A stretch of DNA of 64,000 bases from Psilocybe cubensis (lineage: Eukaryota): assembly GCA_017499595.2 (NCBI GenBank), contig CM039009.1, positions 1,550,001-1,614,000 on the forward strand. The letters are read 5' to 3'. The translations under genes were made by a program, and so were the position numbers. Under the pieces are notes generated by a model. The model saw only the letters and a list, made by a program, of their open reading frames with translations, had not been told where the DNA came from and did no database searches. Numbering within the stretch: the stretch's first letter is position 1; each line of letters begins with the position of its first letter. Of this stretch, positions 48,601-61,418 are shown piece by piece.

Positions 48601-49726
48601 GATAAGCACCCACTTGAGAGCCCCGACGTGGGTCCCACCATGGAGAACAATGATAGCAGGCAGCAGGGAGGAGGCGATGGCACAGGATAAAGAGGATGAG
48701 AGCGACATCAAAATATATACCGACGGATCAGGCATAGATGGGAAAGTGGGAGGAGCTGCTGTAATGTACGAGCAGGGAAGGAGGACAGAGGTTGCGAGAC
48801 ACTACCTAGGAACAATGACAGAGCACACGGTGTTCGAAGGAGAGTGCATAGGCCAACTACTAGGCATGCATATGCTGGAGCAGAGGTTGCGAGTAGGAGA
48901 GAGGAGAAGGAAGGTCGAGATATGCATGGCAGCGGACAATCAAGCGTCGATAATGAGACACAGCGAGAGAAAGCAGGGTCCAGGGTCATACATCATTGAC
49001 GAGATGCAGAAGAAATGGGAAGACATTAAGAAGAAATACCCCAACGTCCAAATGACGTTGCGGTGGGTACCTGGGCACAAAGGGCTGAAGGGTAGCGAGA
49101 GGGCGGACAGGGAGGCAAAGAGGGCGGCAAAGGGGGCGCAGGAGGACAGGGGAACAAAGAGGGGATGCCTGAGAGGTGACCTGCCACGCAGCAAGGCAGC
49201 GGCAAGACAGGAATTAAGAGCAAGGGCCAAGAAGAGAATTCAGAAGGATTTCCAAAAGGGACCCAGATACAAAAGAATGGCAAAGATTGACCCGACAGCG
49301 CCCTCAAATGTATTTCAACGTATATGCAACAAGCTGGCGAGAACAAGCGCGAGCATAGTGATCCAACTCAGAACCGAACACATACCTCTCAACGCGCACC
49401 TAAACAAAATCAGAGCAAAGGAGAACCCAAACTGCGAACAGTGCGCAGACAACGTGCCGGAGACAGTAATGCACTATCTGAGAACATGCAGTGCATACAC
49501 AGAGCAGAGAGAAGAATGGAGAAAAGAGTTGGGACCAGGAAGAGCAATCGACCTAGCGCTCCTGGGGGAGATGAAGACAATCCAGAGCGCACTCAGATAT
49601 GTAAAAGCAACAAAAAGATTTGCAGAATTGCACGGCGACATCATATGCAGGGAAAAAGAAACAGAGGAGGAGGAGAAAAGGAGGGAGGAGGAAGAGGAGC
49701 TCGAGCAGGAAGAAACATGGGCGTAG
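45686..49726 (+). pseudogene. LINE ORF2 (AP endonuclease, RT, RNase H, CCHC) with three in-frame stops
   Basis: IWQQN, ICIQEP, LGDFNRHH, RPDNVF, KAPG, YRPIALL, QFGGRPG, DVKGAF, GLDQG, YADD, IYTDGS, WVPGH, CEQC..ETVMHYLRTC. One frame throughout, with stops at 46073, 47426 and 47501. Confidence 0.93.
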
Positions 49727-50363
49727 AAGGAAATCGTGAGCAACAGAGACCGAGAAGAGTGACAAGACACCGACAGAGAAGGCGCCAACAGGGCAGGCCA
49801 CAGCCCAAACGTCCCACTTCATTTCATTCCCGACGTGTACATATTCAAGACTTACATTCAAAACTGTCCTATATTTCCTTCAATCAATGTCCCATATTGC
49901 GCATTCAACTTTCACCATCATTCCCCATGCATTTCATACAATAGACCATATAATTCAACTAACATAAGCACCACGTATTACAATCTAGATATTATGCACC
50001 AAGGTGCGAGGCGCTACCAAAGGAGGCCCAACACTTCAGTAGAGTTTGAGTAGATTAGAACAGCAGCACATTAGAATAGAACTAGTAGATGCAGACGTCC
50101 TACATAAGGTACAACCTCAAAGGGCAATAAATGGATTTAAAAAAAAAAAAAAAAAAAAAAAAAGCTAAGATTATCCCAGAGTGTGAGATATTTACAGTGA
50201 ATATATGCGCGTTGAGCTAGATACAAACCAGGTATAGATGACACTCAGTGAAATAATTGATATTGTGTGTGTAAAAAGGAAGTTGTCGCTTGAATCACAA
50301 AGAAGTCTAATGTAGCTTCTAAACAGATGTATCCACCTTTATGTGAAGGTGGGGCCCATAACC

Positions 50364-50662
50364 TGTTCAAGTCTATATGAGAAATATCTCAGTGTTTAGA
50401 TGGTAGAACGACTAATATTGAGAGTAATACCTATACAAGAGATATCTACAGTAATGCAAGAAGAATAATGAGTGTGATAGTACATGAATATAAGCCAATG
50501 AAACATATCTCACTGTTCAGATGGTAGAACAACTGAGGAATGTAAAAAAGAATGAACAAGTAATCTAGGTGGGCAAGGAAATAAATAGAGGCAAATAGGA
50601 ACAGGGGTTGACGTGTAGTTAGAAAGATACATGTGACGCTATAAGTACAAAAAACTCTAACA
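50364..50662 (-). repeat. Copia-2 5' LTR
   Basis: Homologous to 21032-21330, adjacent to the PBS and followed by TSD AGGCC. Confidence 0.93.
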
Positions 50663-51694
50663 AGGCCAATTGTATGAATATATTTTGAGGATGGGCCTAT
50701 TGATATGTAAATAGTTGTAATAATTGCTTCACTTCTGGCCATTCACACCCAATACAGTCTTCCGCTGCATTGATGACGGTGCAGTTCTCCATTATGTCTG
50801 TTGGATATGTGCAGATGGCAAACAATTTCTTGCCAACAACTGTGTATAATACCTTAATTCTGCTAAGCATTAAGCTGCTGTTTGCTTTGTGGCTTAGCAA
50901 GCACAATCCCTCTCCTAACGTGAATGGACAGAATCTTTAGACAATCTGTTTTGCAAGTTTCTGGTAGTAGCCTCTATCATTCCAGACCAACCACTACATT
51001 TGCAGTATAATTTGGACTATGATGAGGTAAACCAATATTTCCAAGAAATTAGTTCAAACCCTCCAGAGTATGCACCTGCTTTTCCATTTTTAGTCAATTG
51101 GTCACAACACTAAGTCTTTGGCAATACTCAGGCCAAGCTTTTGACAGAAAAAAAGGTCCATATATGTCTATGTCAAGCCATCAAGGACTATTTGAATGGC
51201 AATATTAGTGATTTTAAAAAGGGTCTAGGATATAGTAACATTTTGTTAGACTTGAGTAACTCTGGTATGTTTCTTCTTTACTATATCTCAACTGCTAACC
51301 ATTTGTTTACATTTTACATAGTAAAGTGCACACAGTGGTATAACAGACCCTGATACTCTTTAAAAATGGTATTCCTGGCAGGACAGAATAGTAAGTGTTT
51401 TATGTTATTTTTCTAGTACATCAAGTACCAACATCACAAAGTCATATTTTCTAGATGTTTTAACCCATCTTCCATGGTTAGCCTTTTTAAGTTAACAGTG
51501 TTGATGATGTTCCAACCACAAAATCTGTCAAATTAGCAAATGAAACCCTTTAAAAACTTTGTGGAATCAAAACACTAGAGTACAATGGCAAGCAGAATTA
51601 TTAATATTACATGAATTCAATTCACAACATCCTTTCTTAGGTGTGTTATATCTATATATTTGGCACCTAGTTATTTTAACCGTATATATAGGAG

Positions 51695-53400
51695 ATGGCT
51701 AATCCCCAGATCCAACCCCATTTACACTTCTATCCAGAAGACAATGGAAAGGTTATAAGCAAAGCACACCATGCCACTGCCTGGCTAGAAGACATGCCTT
51801 CAGAGAAAACCACTCCAATGATATGTCTTAAACAAGCCAACTACTATATTTTTGAACCTGCCTTGCTTGTTGATGGCCACTATTGTATACTCTATTATTG
51901 GTTTACTTGTGGTGGTGTTTTTTTTGGAAAAGTGTGGCATCTACAACCATATGCTAATGGTTGGATTGTTTGCAAAAATACCACAATCAAGGTCTTACAA
52001 TTGCTACTTCTAAAAAACTTTCCACAGCTTTTAAAGGACCATGCTCTTTATGGTATATCTCATCTGTCTCTAATTATTGGTGGGTTCTTTTTTATAATGA
52101 AAAAACCTTGTAATTGAAACTAATAATTTGACCCAATAGAAGTTCAGCTAGCAGGTGGTAGTCCCAAAACGCTCCTGTCTAAATGGAAACATACCAATCC
52201 TGTTCTGGGAAATCTATGGAGAGAGTGTGCTAAAGGACAATATGTTGTTGGGCTTTCATTATGGATGTACTATGACCAATATATTTGGCAATTAGTCTAC
52301 AAAATGGAACAAACACAACAGTTTTCTATTTACATTTGCCAGTTTGCCTTGCAAGCATGCAGAAAAGGAGTATAATATACATTTTCTATGCACATCTAAT
52401 ATTGCTGCCCTACTAGAGATGCTTGAAGGTGTTATTAAAGAAATTAGGTAATGGTTTATTATTATGCTTTATTTAATAACATTTACTCAATGGTTATAAC
52501 AATAGATCTGGTCTAAAGGCAGGAATTTGAGCATGAGATTGTGTGCTTAAAGAATCAGTGCTTATAATACCTCCTTGTCTATGCTTTTTGGGGAACAATC
52601 CAATACATAGTGAATTTGCTTGCCACATTGGATTATATGGCAAGTACTTCTATTGTATCTGTTAGGTTAAAGGCTTAGATGCTCAGGATGTTAGCTGGAG
52701 CATTGGAATACTCAAACACCCACAATTTGGAGCAAAAATAATTAAGCAATACACTATCAGTAGGATCTGAGACTGTAGCACATTCTACTGGTAAACATTA
52801 GCAGCAATTTCAGAAGTCTATATCTGCTATAATTCAATATATTACTGTGTTTATGAAGGTATGGATCTTTGTTCTATATTTTACCATATTAGCCTAATGT
52901 ATTTTTTATATAGCCTGGCAAATTTTGTCATAAGGAAGAGACCATGAAAATATTAGAAAGTTATCAGGAATAGTCTCAAACTATTAGAGCCAAATCCAAA
53001 CTCAAAAAAATGTGTACTGAAACAGGCATCAAAAATACCATGCAGGAGTTCTTTCTTGACAAACTCTCAAACTCTTATAAAGGTGTCTATAATCCAAAGG
53101 ACAAACAGAAGGTGTTGGAATCCAAGATGGCAAAGCTTCCACTGTCAATCATAAGTCTAGTATGGCAATTAGGTAGGACTTATTGTGATTTGTTGGATAT
53201 GCATTATACTAACTTAATTTAACTTTAGGCCTTGATCTTCATCAGATTATTCCAGTGAAAATTCTACATGTTGTTCCTTTGGGGTTTGTAAAATACTTCT
53301 GGTGAGATCTTGTTCAGAATCAAGTCAAGAATGATAAAAAACAGCTTTTCATAACACAATTTAACTCTTTTGATGTGGGTAGTCTTGGTATATCACCTAT
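51695..53400 (+). pseudogene. Highly degenerate CACTA/EnSpm-like (CMC) fungal transposase
   Basis: MANPQIQPHLHFYPED, YIFEPALL, GN*STKWNKHNSFLFT, EYNIHFLCTSN...LEML, GNNPIHSEFACHIGL, GLD.HQ..PV.ILHVV.LGFVKYFW. Many stops; truncated at ~53400. Confidence 0.75.
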
Positions 53401-54067
53401 CAGTTATAAGGCCCGACCAAAGGAAGGAACGAGTCTTTTTATCCCTGCCTTTCTGCCAGCTTTTGTCCTGTTTAATGCACCGGCATTGGTTAAAATTTCC
53501 ACGCCTTGTCATGTGCACTTATTAAGCTGGCCAGATACTGAATTAAGCCAGTTCCGGCCACCTGCTAAACAAGTAATTGTTTTTATTGTTTTACAATGGT
53601 TTTTAACTGTGTATATACATTTAATATATTAAACAAATAACATTGACAAAGTTAAACCCTTAAAAAACACCCAGAATCTTGTAAAACTGGTCCAAATACA
53701 CCCTCCATTGATGACATTGATTGGTGTTTGAATTTTGCATCTACAAATGGCAACAATTTCCAAATTGAGATATACCCATCAAATTTGCTATTTCCTATTA
53801 GTTTTGCCTAATTATGCAATTGTTTTGAATAGAATGTTGAGGTAAAATAATATACTAGTATGGATATACATTTCTATAATTTAAAACTGAGTAATATGCC
53901 TATTAAACTGGTGAATATACAACCAGCAAGTGTGCTACAAGTGGAGATTGAATCTGGATATCAAATATGGAAGGTCTTGCCAAAATGGGAAGCACAGCTC
54001 TAAATTGCTTATATTGGTTATTATTTGGTTTTTGACCAATGTATTCATTAAGTATTAGATATAGGCA

Positions 54068-55990
54068 TGTTTTAATGAAAGATAAACTTAGTACAATAGA
54101 AACAAACTATTATATTTCTGGTAGATACCTAATGAAAGATAAACTACGTTAAGTGTAAGTAAAGGAAATAATACAAGTAGGTTAGCTAGTATACACCTTA
54201 GTACAATAGAAATGAACTGAAGTGGTGCTAGTCCCTCAAGAGAAATATAAACGCAACTATGATGAATGTAACAGCAACAAATATGAATGTAACAAAAATT
54301 ATGCATAGCCTAGACCACTGTCACAAGGATGCGCCAATTAGTTTGTCATTCCAACACTCCCCCTCAAACTGTGGCGTGTAAACCCATTGTGTTCGCAAAG
54401 TGCTTTGCATTTGCGCTTAGGAAAGCCTTTGTGAAAGTGTTGGTGGTTTGGTCATTGGTAGGGCAGTAGATTAGCTTGATAGAGCTGGAGTTAATAATAT
54501 ATTGAATAAAGTGGTAGCAGATATCAATATGCTTTGTGTGTGTGTGGCACTATCCTCCATGAGTGAGAGCAATGACCAATTGGTTGTCACCGTAGAGTGT
54601 GGTAGGGTGAGTTATCTGAATATTGAGTGTGCTAAAATATTGTTCACAAGGCTGCATAGCCACATGGCTTCCTTTGAGGTGTGGATAGCAGCCACGTATT
54701 CAGCCTTGGCTATCAACAGGGTAATCAATTCATGCTTTTTCAACAATCACAACATTGCTTTATCATCCACCATGAAAATGTACCCTAAAATTGCTCTTCT
54801 GTGGTCCTATGACGCCCCATCTGCATCCATGAAGCCCATCATATCTCTTTTCTCACCACCGTATATCAATGCCAAGTCTTGGGTGCCTTTGAGGTACCAA
54901 AAGATTTTCTTCACTACTTCCCAGTAAACCCACACCGGGTTGTCAACAAATTGCACCATAGTGTTTGTTGCAAATGTGATATTGGGTTGCATTTCTATTA
55001 ACATGTACATGAGCAAGCCTACCACTTCACAATAAGGTACATTTTTCATTTGTGCTATGTCTGTGAGAGCGGTTGGGCACTGTAACCTGGCAAATGGCTG
55101 ACACAGATCCATAGGAATTGTACTCAGTTTCAGGTTGTCAAAGTTGAAGTGCATCAAGATATTGTTAATATACGCATCCTGGGAGATGGATATGGTTTTA
55201 TTGGCAGTGTTGCGAGTAATTTTGAAGCCAAAAAGCCATTTACATTTGCCCAGGTCCATAATCTTATACTTCTTGTTGATTTCAACTTTAAATTTTGCAA
55301 TTTGTGGCATCAAACTCCCTGTTACCAGACAATCATCAATGTGTACTCCCACAATAACAATTTCACCGCCCAACACCTTCACAAACATGCCGGAATCCGC
55401 CTCCAACACCTTAAACCCCAATTCCTCCATTGCCTTTTTTAATGCCTCATACCAGTTCTTTGCACCCTGCTTCAATTTGTAGAGTGCCTTGTGAAGGCAA
55501 TATATGTAGCAATGTGAGTCTGTTGTAAATCTGTGTGGCTGCTCAAGATAAATAACCTCTTTTTCATCCAGGTTTGAATTCAAGAATACACTATCAAAGT
55601 CAATGCTTTTGAGCAGCCATCTGTTGCAGTTAGCAAGTACGATTAGGTATTGGAAGGTGGGCAGGCGTGCAACGGATACAAAGGTTTCCGTGTAGTCTAC
55701 GCCATGGATTTAGGTGAATCTGCGTACAACAAGACAAGCTTTATACTTGTCGGTCTTGCCTGCAGCATTCTTTTTGATGCGTAAAACTCATTTACTGCCA
55801 ACAATATTAGTGTTTGGTGGGTGTTTAACAATTGTCCACATCCTATTTGCCTCAAGTGACGCAAGCTCAGCCTTGATTGTGGCCTTTCATTTTGGCCAGT
55901 TGGATTGCCTTCTTGCTTTGTTGTATGTTAGTTCAGCCCCTTGGCTGCATCCATTGCAGTTGCTATTGCAAAATCCATTGCCTCAACAAT
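54068..55990 (-). mobile_element. Copia-3: truncated fragment (RT-RNase H plus 3' LTR ~54068-54356)
   Basis: ALYKLKQG, GVHIDDCL, DLGKCKWLFG, GFMDADGA. PPT TTGAGGGGGAG abuts the LTR end ...CCAACA at 54356. The left LTR boundary is approximate. Confidence 0.8.
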
Positions 55991-57071
55991 GTCCCAAGCA
56001 TCCGCCAACAACCCTTCATTACCCGTACCCTCTAGCCTTAGCTGCTAGAATACTGTATCACATCTGGGCAGTTGCCCAGTATGTGTTATACATCTATAAG
56101 GGAAGCTTGCCCACCCTCTTTGGCCAGCCCAACTAGCTGGGCTGCCGGGCAGCCATGGGGGTTGTTTATTGATGGGTAGGATTATGTAAACAACAGTAAA
56201 CATTACCATTAATGATGGGCGGGCCTCCATAATAGTATAGCTCATTGTTTAGGACATTCTCAAGCACCAAAAAAGGAAGAAATGGGCAAAAATATATTTG
56301 AAACCTATATCAGGCATTTGCCCGCCTTTCCAGGGGCGGAAAAGGATGGATGCAAGAGCCAGACTTTGGATGACAATTTCTAATATCTTTCTTTTTGCTA
56401 ATAATAGAACTCCACCCATCAAATGATGTGCACTATTGATTGCATCAAATCTGATGCCCAACATTGATTGACATCAAAATTTATGTCAGAAACTCGGTCT
56501 AAATATATCAGAATTAGCCATGACATCAGAATCAATTAGGGTATCCCTGCCCTTGGCCCCTGGGTCTATAAATAACACTCATCCTATGCTACTTTTGTGC
56601 ATTACTGGCAATGGATTGGGCACTTTTGGGAGCATTTCTGGACTATTTCCCTTGGTGTTTTTTGGTACACCTATAGTTTTAATGTTTCCCAATCTGAATC
56701 TAAAGTTAGAATTGCAATATCTGTACTTAGTATTGTACAATTAAATGTACAATGTTTTGGTCAGAAAGCGCACCTTTAATAGCATCCTCTAGGGGTTGTT
56801 ATACATCTATTTGACCATGCCATTATTTTTTATTTATGTTAAACAGAGTACATTCTAGGTTTTAGCTTAATTGGAGTAGTAGAACCTATTAAACTAGAAT
56901 GTGCACCCTACCCCACCTCCTACCCCTTGTATAAATGCCTTCCTGATCAGATAAATTCAGGCCCAGCTAGGGTTGGCTAGGCACCTATTATATCAATTTT
57001 TAAAGCCTACAACCTTGTTGAAATTTTACAATTGAGGAATACCACTCTCCATCCTTTCTAGATTTTGTATA

Positions 57072-58675
57072 TAGTGGACAAAAAAACCGTTCGAGTGTTG
57101 GTCACGTATGAAAAGATTAATTTATAACTTTGAAATTAAAAATGTTAAAAATATGAAATTATTCACAGATATACTATATAGTGTTAGCTAAAGGATGACA
57201 CACTGATCATGTGATTTGTCCAAGAATTGACCAAACAGCAGCATACACAATTTGCTAAGTCATTCAAACAGTTTTTTTGCTAGTAATTTAAATGCTATAA
57301 ACTATGTATTATCACATGACTTTGTTGATATACCAAACAACTATCAATAAAATCATGTGACTACATGTTGAATAAGTATATAATAGCTACAACCAACCTC
57401 TTTATCCCCCCAATCAAGCATGAAACCCCTCTCTAAAGCAACCATTGCTACTATTGTCTCTCTTCTTACTTTTGGTCACTCCTATGCCTCTATCAAGGCC
57501 CAGACTGGAGCTAGTGCTGGTTCTATCACCAAGATTTGCCAAGACTACTGTCCTAAGGCAGTGGTTTCCCATGGAGGATGCCCAAAGAAGCTGACTGGTG
57601 CCAATATCACCTATACCAAGCGTGGAATTTGAACTGGACAAATCAAGAATGCTGTGCAAGCTGCCAAGTCTCTGGCTACTATTAATGGCCAGAATATCAG
57701 TCCTCAAATAGTTAGGAATGCACTCAAATCAATTGGCATGGTCTCAGTGGTAAAACAAAAAAGCCTTTGTTATCAAAAAAGCATAGGAGGGCTAGATTGG
57801 AGTTTGCAAAAAGGCACTTGGAGTGGACTGTGGATGACTGGGCAAGGGTCTGGTGGTCAGATGAGACCAAAATCAACAGATTGGGTTCAGATGGCAGAGA
57901 TCAGGTGTAGATAGACAAGGAAAACAGACAGGACCCCAGGAGGATCAAGCAAACTGTGAAGTTTGGAGGAGGAAACTTGATGATGTGGGGTTGTATGGGA
58001 TGGGAAGGAATTGGATTTGCCACTAGAATTGATGGGAAGATGGATGCTCAGTTATACACTGAGATCCTAGGTGATGAGCTCCTAAAATCCTTGGAATGGT
58101 ATGGTTAACAGGTAGAAGATATCCACTTTCAGCAAGACAATGACCCCAAGCACACCTCAAAATTGGCCAAGAAATGGTTTGAAGAGCAGAATTTTAGGGT
58201 CCTCATATGGCCTGCACAATCTCCAGATCTCAACCCCATTGAACATCTATGGGAATACCTCAAAAGAAGACTTAATGAACATGAAGTCCCACCAAAGGGT
58301 ATCCATGAACTTTGGGAGAGGGTTGAGAAGGAATGGAATGGAATACCCAAGGAAGTGGTGCAGAATTTGATTGCTAGCATGCCTAGAAGGTGTGCAGCAG
58401 TGATTAAGGCCAAGGATGGACATATAAAGTACTAGTAGATATGATTTATTGATACTCAAGTGTTTAGCAAAAAAACTGTTCGAATGATTTAGCAAACTGT
58501 ATATGCTCCTGTTTGGTCAATTCTTGGAAAAATCACATGATCAGTGTGCCATCTTTTAGCTAATACCCTCTAGTATACCTGTGAATAATCTTATATTTTT
58601 AACATTTTTAATTTCAAAGTTATAAATTAATCTTTTCATACGTGACCAACACTCAAATGGTTTTTTTGCCCACTG
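57072..58675 (+). mobile_element. Tc1-family DNA transposon (1.6 kb) with ~210-bp TIRs and TA TSD
   Basis: TIRs ~57072-57283 and ~58464-58675 (ta|TAGTGGACAAAAAAACC ... GGTTTTTTTGCCCACTG|ta). Confidence 0.92.
57420..58435 (+). pseudogene. Tc1 DD34E transposase (disrupted)
   Basis: WWSDETKIN, TVKFGGGNLMMWGC, FQQDNDPKH, WPAQSPDLNPIEHLW, with 34 residues between the second D and E. Several stops and a frameshift. Confidence 0.9.
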
Positions 58676-61418
58676 TATTTTATTATGGGTCAGAATAGGT
58701 ATTTTTTTCACATATACACCCATCCAAAAAATATATTGAATTGCATAAACAATATAAATGGCCTGTATACAGTCCACATAGGAACATTTTTTTCTGAGCC
58801 CAATTAATAGGGATTAGATCTTATGCATAATCTGTGCATATCATGTCTTATACTGAACTATAATGCATATATTACATATCTAGATGTAGATCTAATGGCG
58901 CTTTACAATTCCTGTTTATAATGATGACTATAAGATGGAAATTTGTGATCTGAAGGTTTTTTGAGTGTTTTCTACAGCAATGAGATGCGCACAAAAATTG
59001 TCTATCTAAGGGATGTTTAATGAAAGGTTTGCTGATTGAAGGTTGAGTCAAAGGGTTATACAAGTTGATTCAGCACTTACCTTGACTTCCAGTCTTCCCT
59101 GTGATAGTACAATTTCTCTTCTTTGATGCAGTTTGAGGTTTTCTGGAAGGGGCTTGAACCCTGGAAGAAGAAATAGCTCTGGCTTTCTTAAATCGTTACC
59201 TCTTTATCTTCTTCCAAGAGGTAGAGCAACCAACCCTCAAATGTATACATTGGTGACAAGCATGCTTTGTTGTTAGTTGCGTATATTTGTAACATCGAAA
59301 ACCAGATTTGAGGTATTTTTTATATTGATCTTTGGAAGGAAACACAGGGTCATTGTGGGAGATATAATCTCAGTAGATATCTATACCATCTGAATCATAC
59401 ACAAAATTCTGATTCTTGGGCTGGGGGCTCTAGTTCATCCTCATCCTTGTCATTGGCAATGCTGAGGTCCACGTTGTAGCTCATCTGAGTCCTCTAAGTT
59501 GGCTCAAAATGACTATCCTCATTCTTATTGCTCCTGCCACTCATCTGAGTCCCCTGCTGTGGCTTATAGTTACTGTCTTCATTGTTATTTCTATGCCATC
59601 CATGTGACTCCTTTGTGTTGGCTTATATTTACTTTTAACGTTTCTGGTATGAGGCTCTGTTATAGCTTCTGAATAATCTTGAGGATCATCCACACCAAAA
59701 TTAGCTTCATCTTTGCTATACTGGATAGGTGTTTTTCTCTTCCTCAGGGGTCTAGTATTGTCATTGAGAAGAGAATGGCTGAACTCCTCTCCAACTGAAA
59801 TTTTGTAGGCTTAAATGGCAAGTATGACTTCTTCCTGTGTTGGCATACAATTTTCATCATCTGCATTAATGAACATGTCTGCTATAGCAATGGAAAAATT
59901 GTAGGAATTAGGATATTTCTCTATGAAATCATTGGTATCAGCCTCCAACATAGCCAAGGTTTTGCACTAAAATTTGGTTAGATGGACTATTATACAACAT
60001 ATAATATTGACCCACGTAATTAGTTATAATTGAATCAATTCTCTTAATAAAACTTGCCAGTGTATCTGTTGCAGCCAACAAGATCAACTTTTTGAAAGCA
60101 AGTAATAAGAAACAGAGCCTCTTCAAGGATAGTGTTGTGACCAGCAAGGCTATTCCTATTTGTTGGTGTTCAAAAAATTTAAACTAATATAGAGTAGAGA
60201 TTTATGGAAAGCAATAGAATAGAATTATTTGAATGTAGTAATGGATGTATAAATGCTGGACCAGCTGCTCAACCACAGAATGCTAGTGACAAATAGATCA
60301 GGTGATCATGTCACACTGGATCTGTCACCAAAACTATAGATAGGAATGCAGGACAGGACTGGCAGCTTGGGCAGTGGCCAGAATATCTTTGACTAATGAT
60401 TTGGAATTACCCTCCATGTCTTAAGGAGGACATATTCATAAGTTACTAGATAAAGAAGTGGCCTTCCATTCATAAAGTACTGTTTGATTGTTTCCTAGTT
60501 CAGTATATTATTATATTGGAATCATTTCCCAATATCAGGTATTCCTAATAATATCCTGATCAGATAAATTTCTGGCCTTATATATAGAGAAGGAAGCAGA
60601 CTCAGAAGCGATTATTTATTGAATCTGGAAAAGGTAGAAAACACTAGAAATAGCTATCTATATCTTTATACAAGCTATGTAGGATGTATTAGCTCAGCGC
60701 TTTTGATTGGAAGTAATAAGAGCTGTAACTATATTATCTTTCATGTATTATGCAATGCATGCTCTTTCACCAACCAATGAAACATTGTGGGTTAAAATCT
60801 TCCCAGCTATACTAACCAAAGTTCCTGAACCATAAGAAACCTCTACCCCGGCTCCTGGCATTCTTATATATCTGTTATGATATGTTCCTATTGAGGACAA
60901 GATGTCAAACTATTCATATGCACTTCCCTGGTCTTGATAAGTAGGTGTCTTGAGGTGGTTATTAATTATTGATATACCACTGAGAGGAGAAGTCCAAGCG
61001 CTGAGGACGTCAGGAAGGATATTATTTTTGGTGACTAGGTTAGGATGTCAATGCAAATTATTCATAGCCTGGATTCCAAATTGCCACTGCCAGGTGTGCA
61101 TAATAGAAAGCGCAGCTCCAATAAAAGCAGTGCTATCCAAGAATTCCTTGATCCATTGGAGACCTCAAGATTTACAAAGCTTGGCTGAAACTTCCAAAGG
61201 ATTGCTTTTCTAAAATACTTAATAAGTATACTGAAAGGAATTTTCTACAGGCAACACACCAAGTGTTCTTATTGGTACCATGCTGGAGCCATACTAACAG
61301 TGCCAAGAGCCAAGGTCTTGCACTCTTCTTGCTTCATATAATTACTACTGTTTTTTTGCCAGTTAGAGGCATATTTGACAAGTTAATCAACTCCAAACAA
61401 TTGGAAGAACAGACCAAC

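Larger units (their letters stand above)
43546..50162 (+). mobile_element. Full-length LINE (non-LTR retrotransposon, Tad1-like, with RNase H)
   Basis: ORF1 and ORF2, poly(A) tail at 50139-50162, TSD AGCTAAGATTAT (43534-43545, 50163-50174; the first A is ambiguous with the tail). Confidence 0.95.
21032..50662 (-). mobile_element. Copia-2: older Ty1/Copia element carrying four nested insertions
   Basis: 299-bp LTRs at 21032-21330 and 50364-50662. TSD AGGCC (21027-21031, 50663-50667). PBS GGTTATGGGCCC at 50352-50363 and PPT at 21331-21340. gag/pol remnants resume across each insertion. Confidence 0.93.

Noticed and set aside
43668-49944. Many antisense and alternate-frame ORFs over the LINE
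   Set aside because: Ser/Leu/Phe/Pro-rich shadows of a purine-biased sense strand, with no domains.
53401-60590. Possible TIR element bounded by CAGTTATAAGGCCC and GGCCTTATATATAG, with TCCTGATCAGATAAATT repeated at ~56941 and ~60554
   Set aside because: The end match is short and imperfect, there is no TSD, and the CACTA-like transposase does not visibly resume after 60590.
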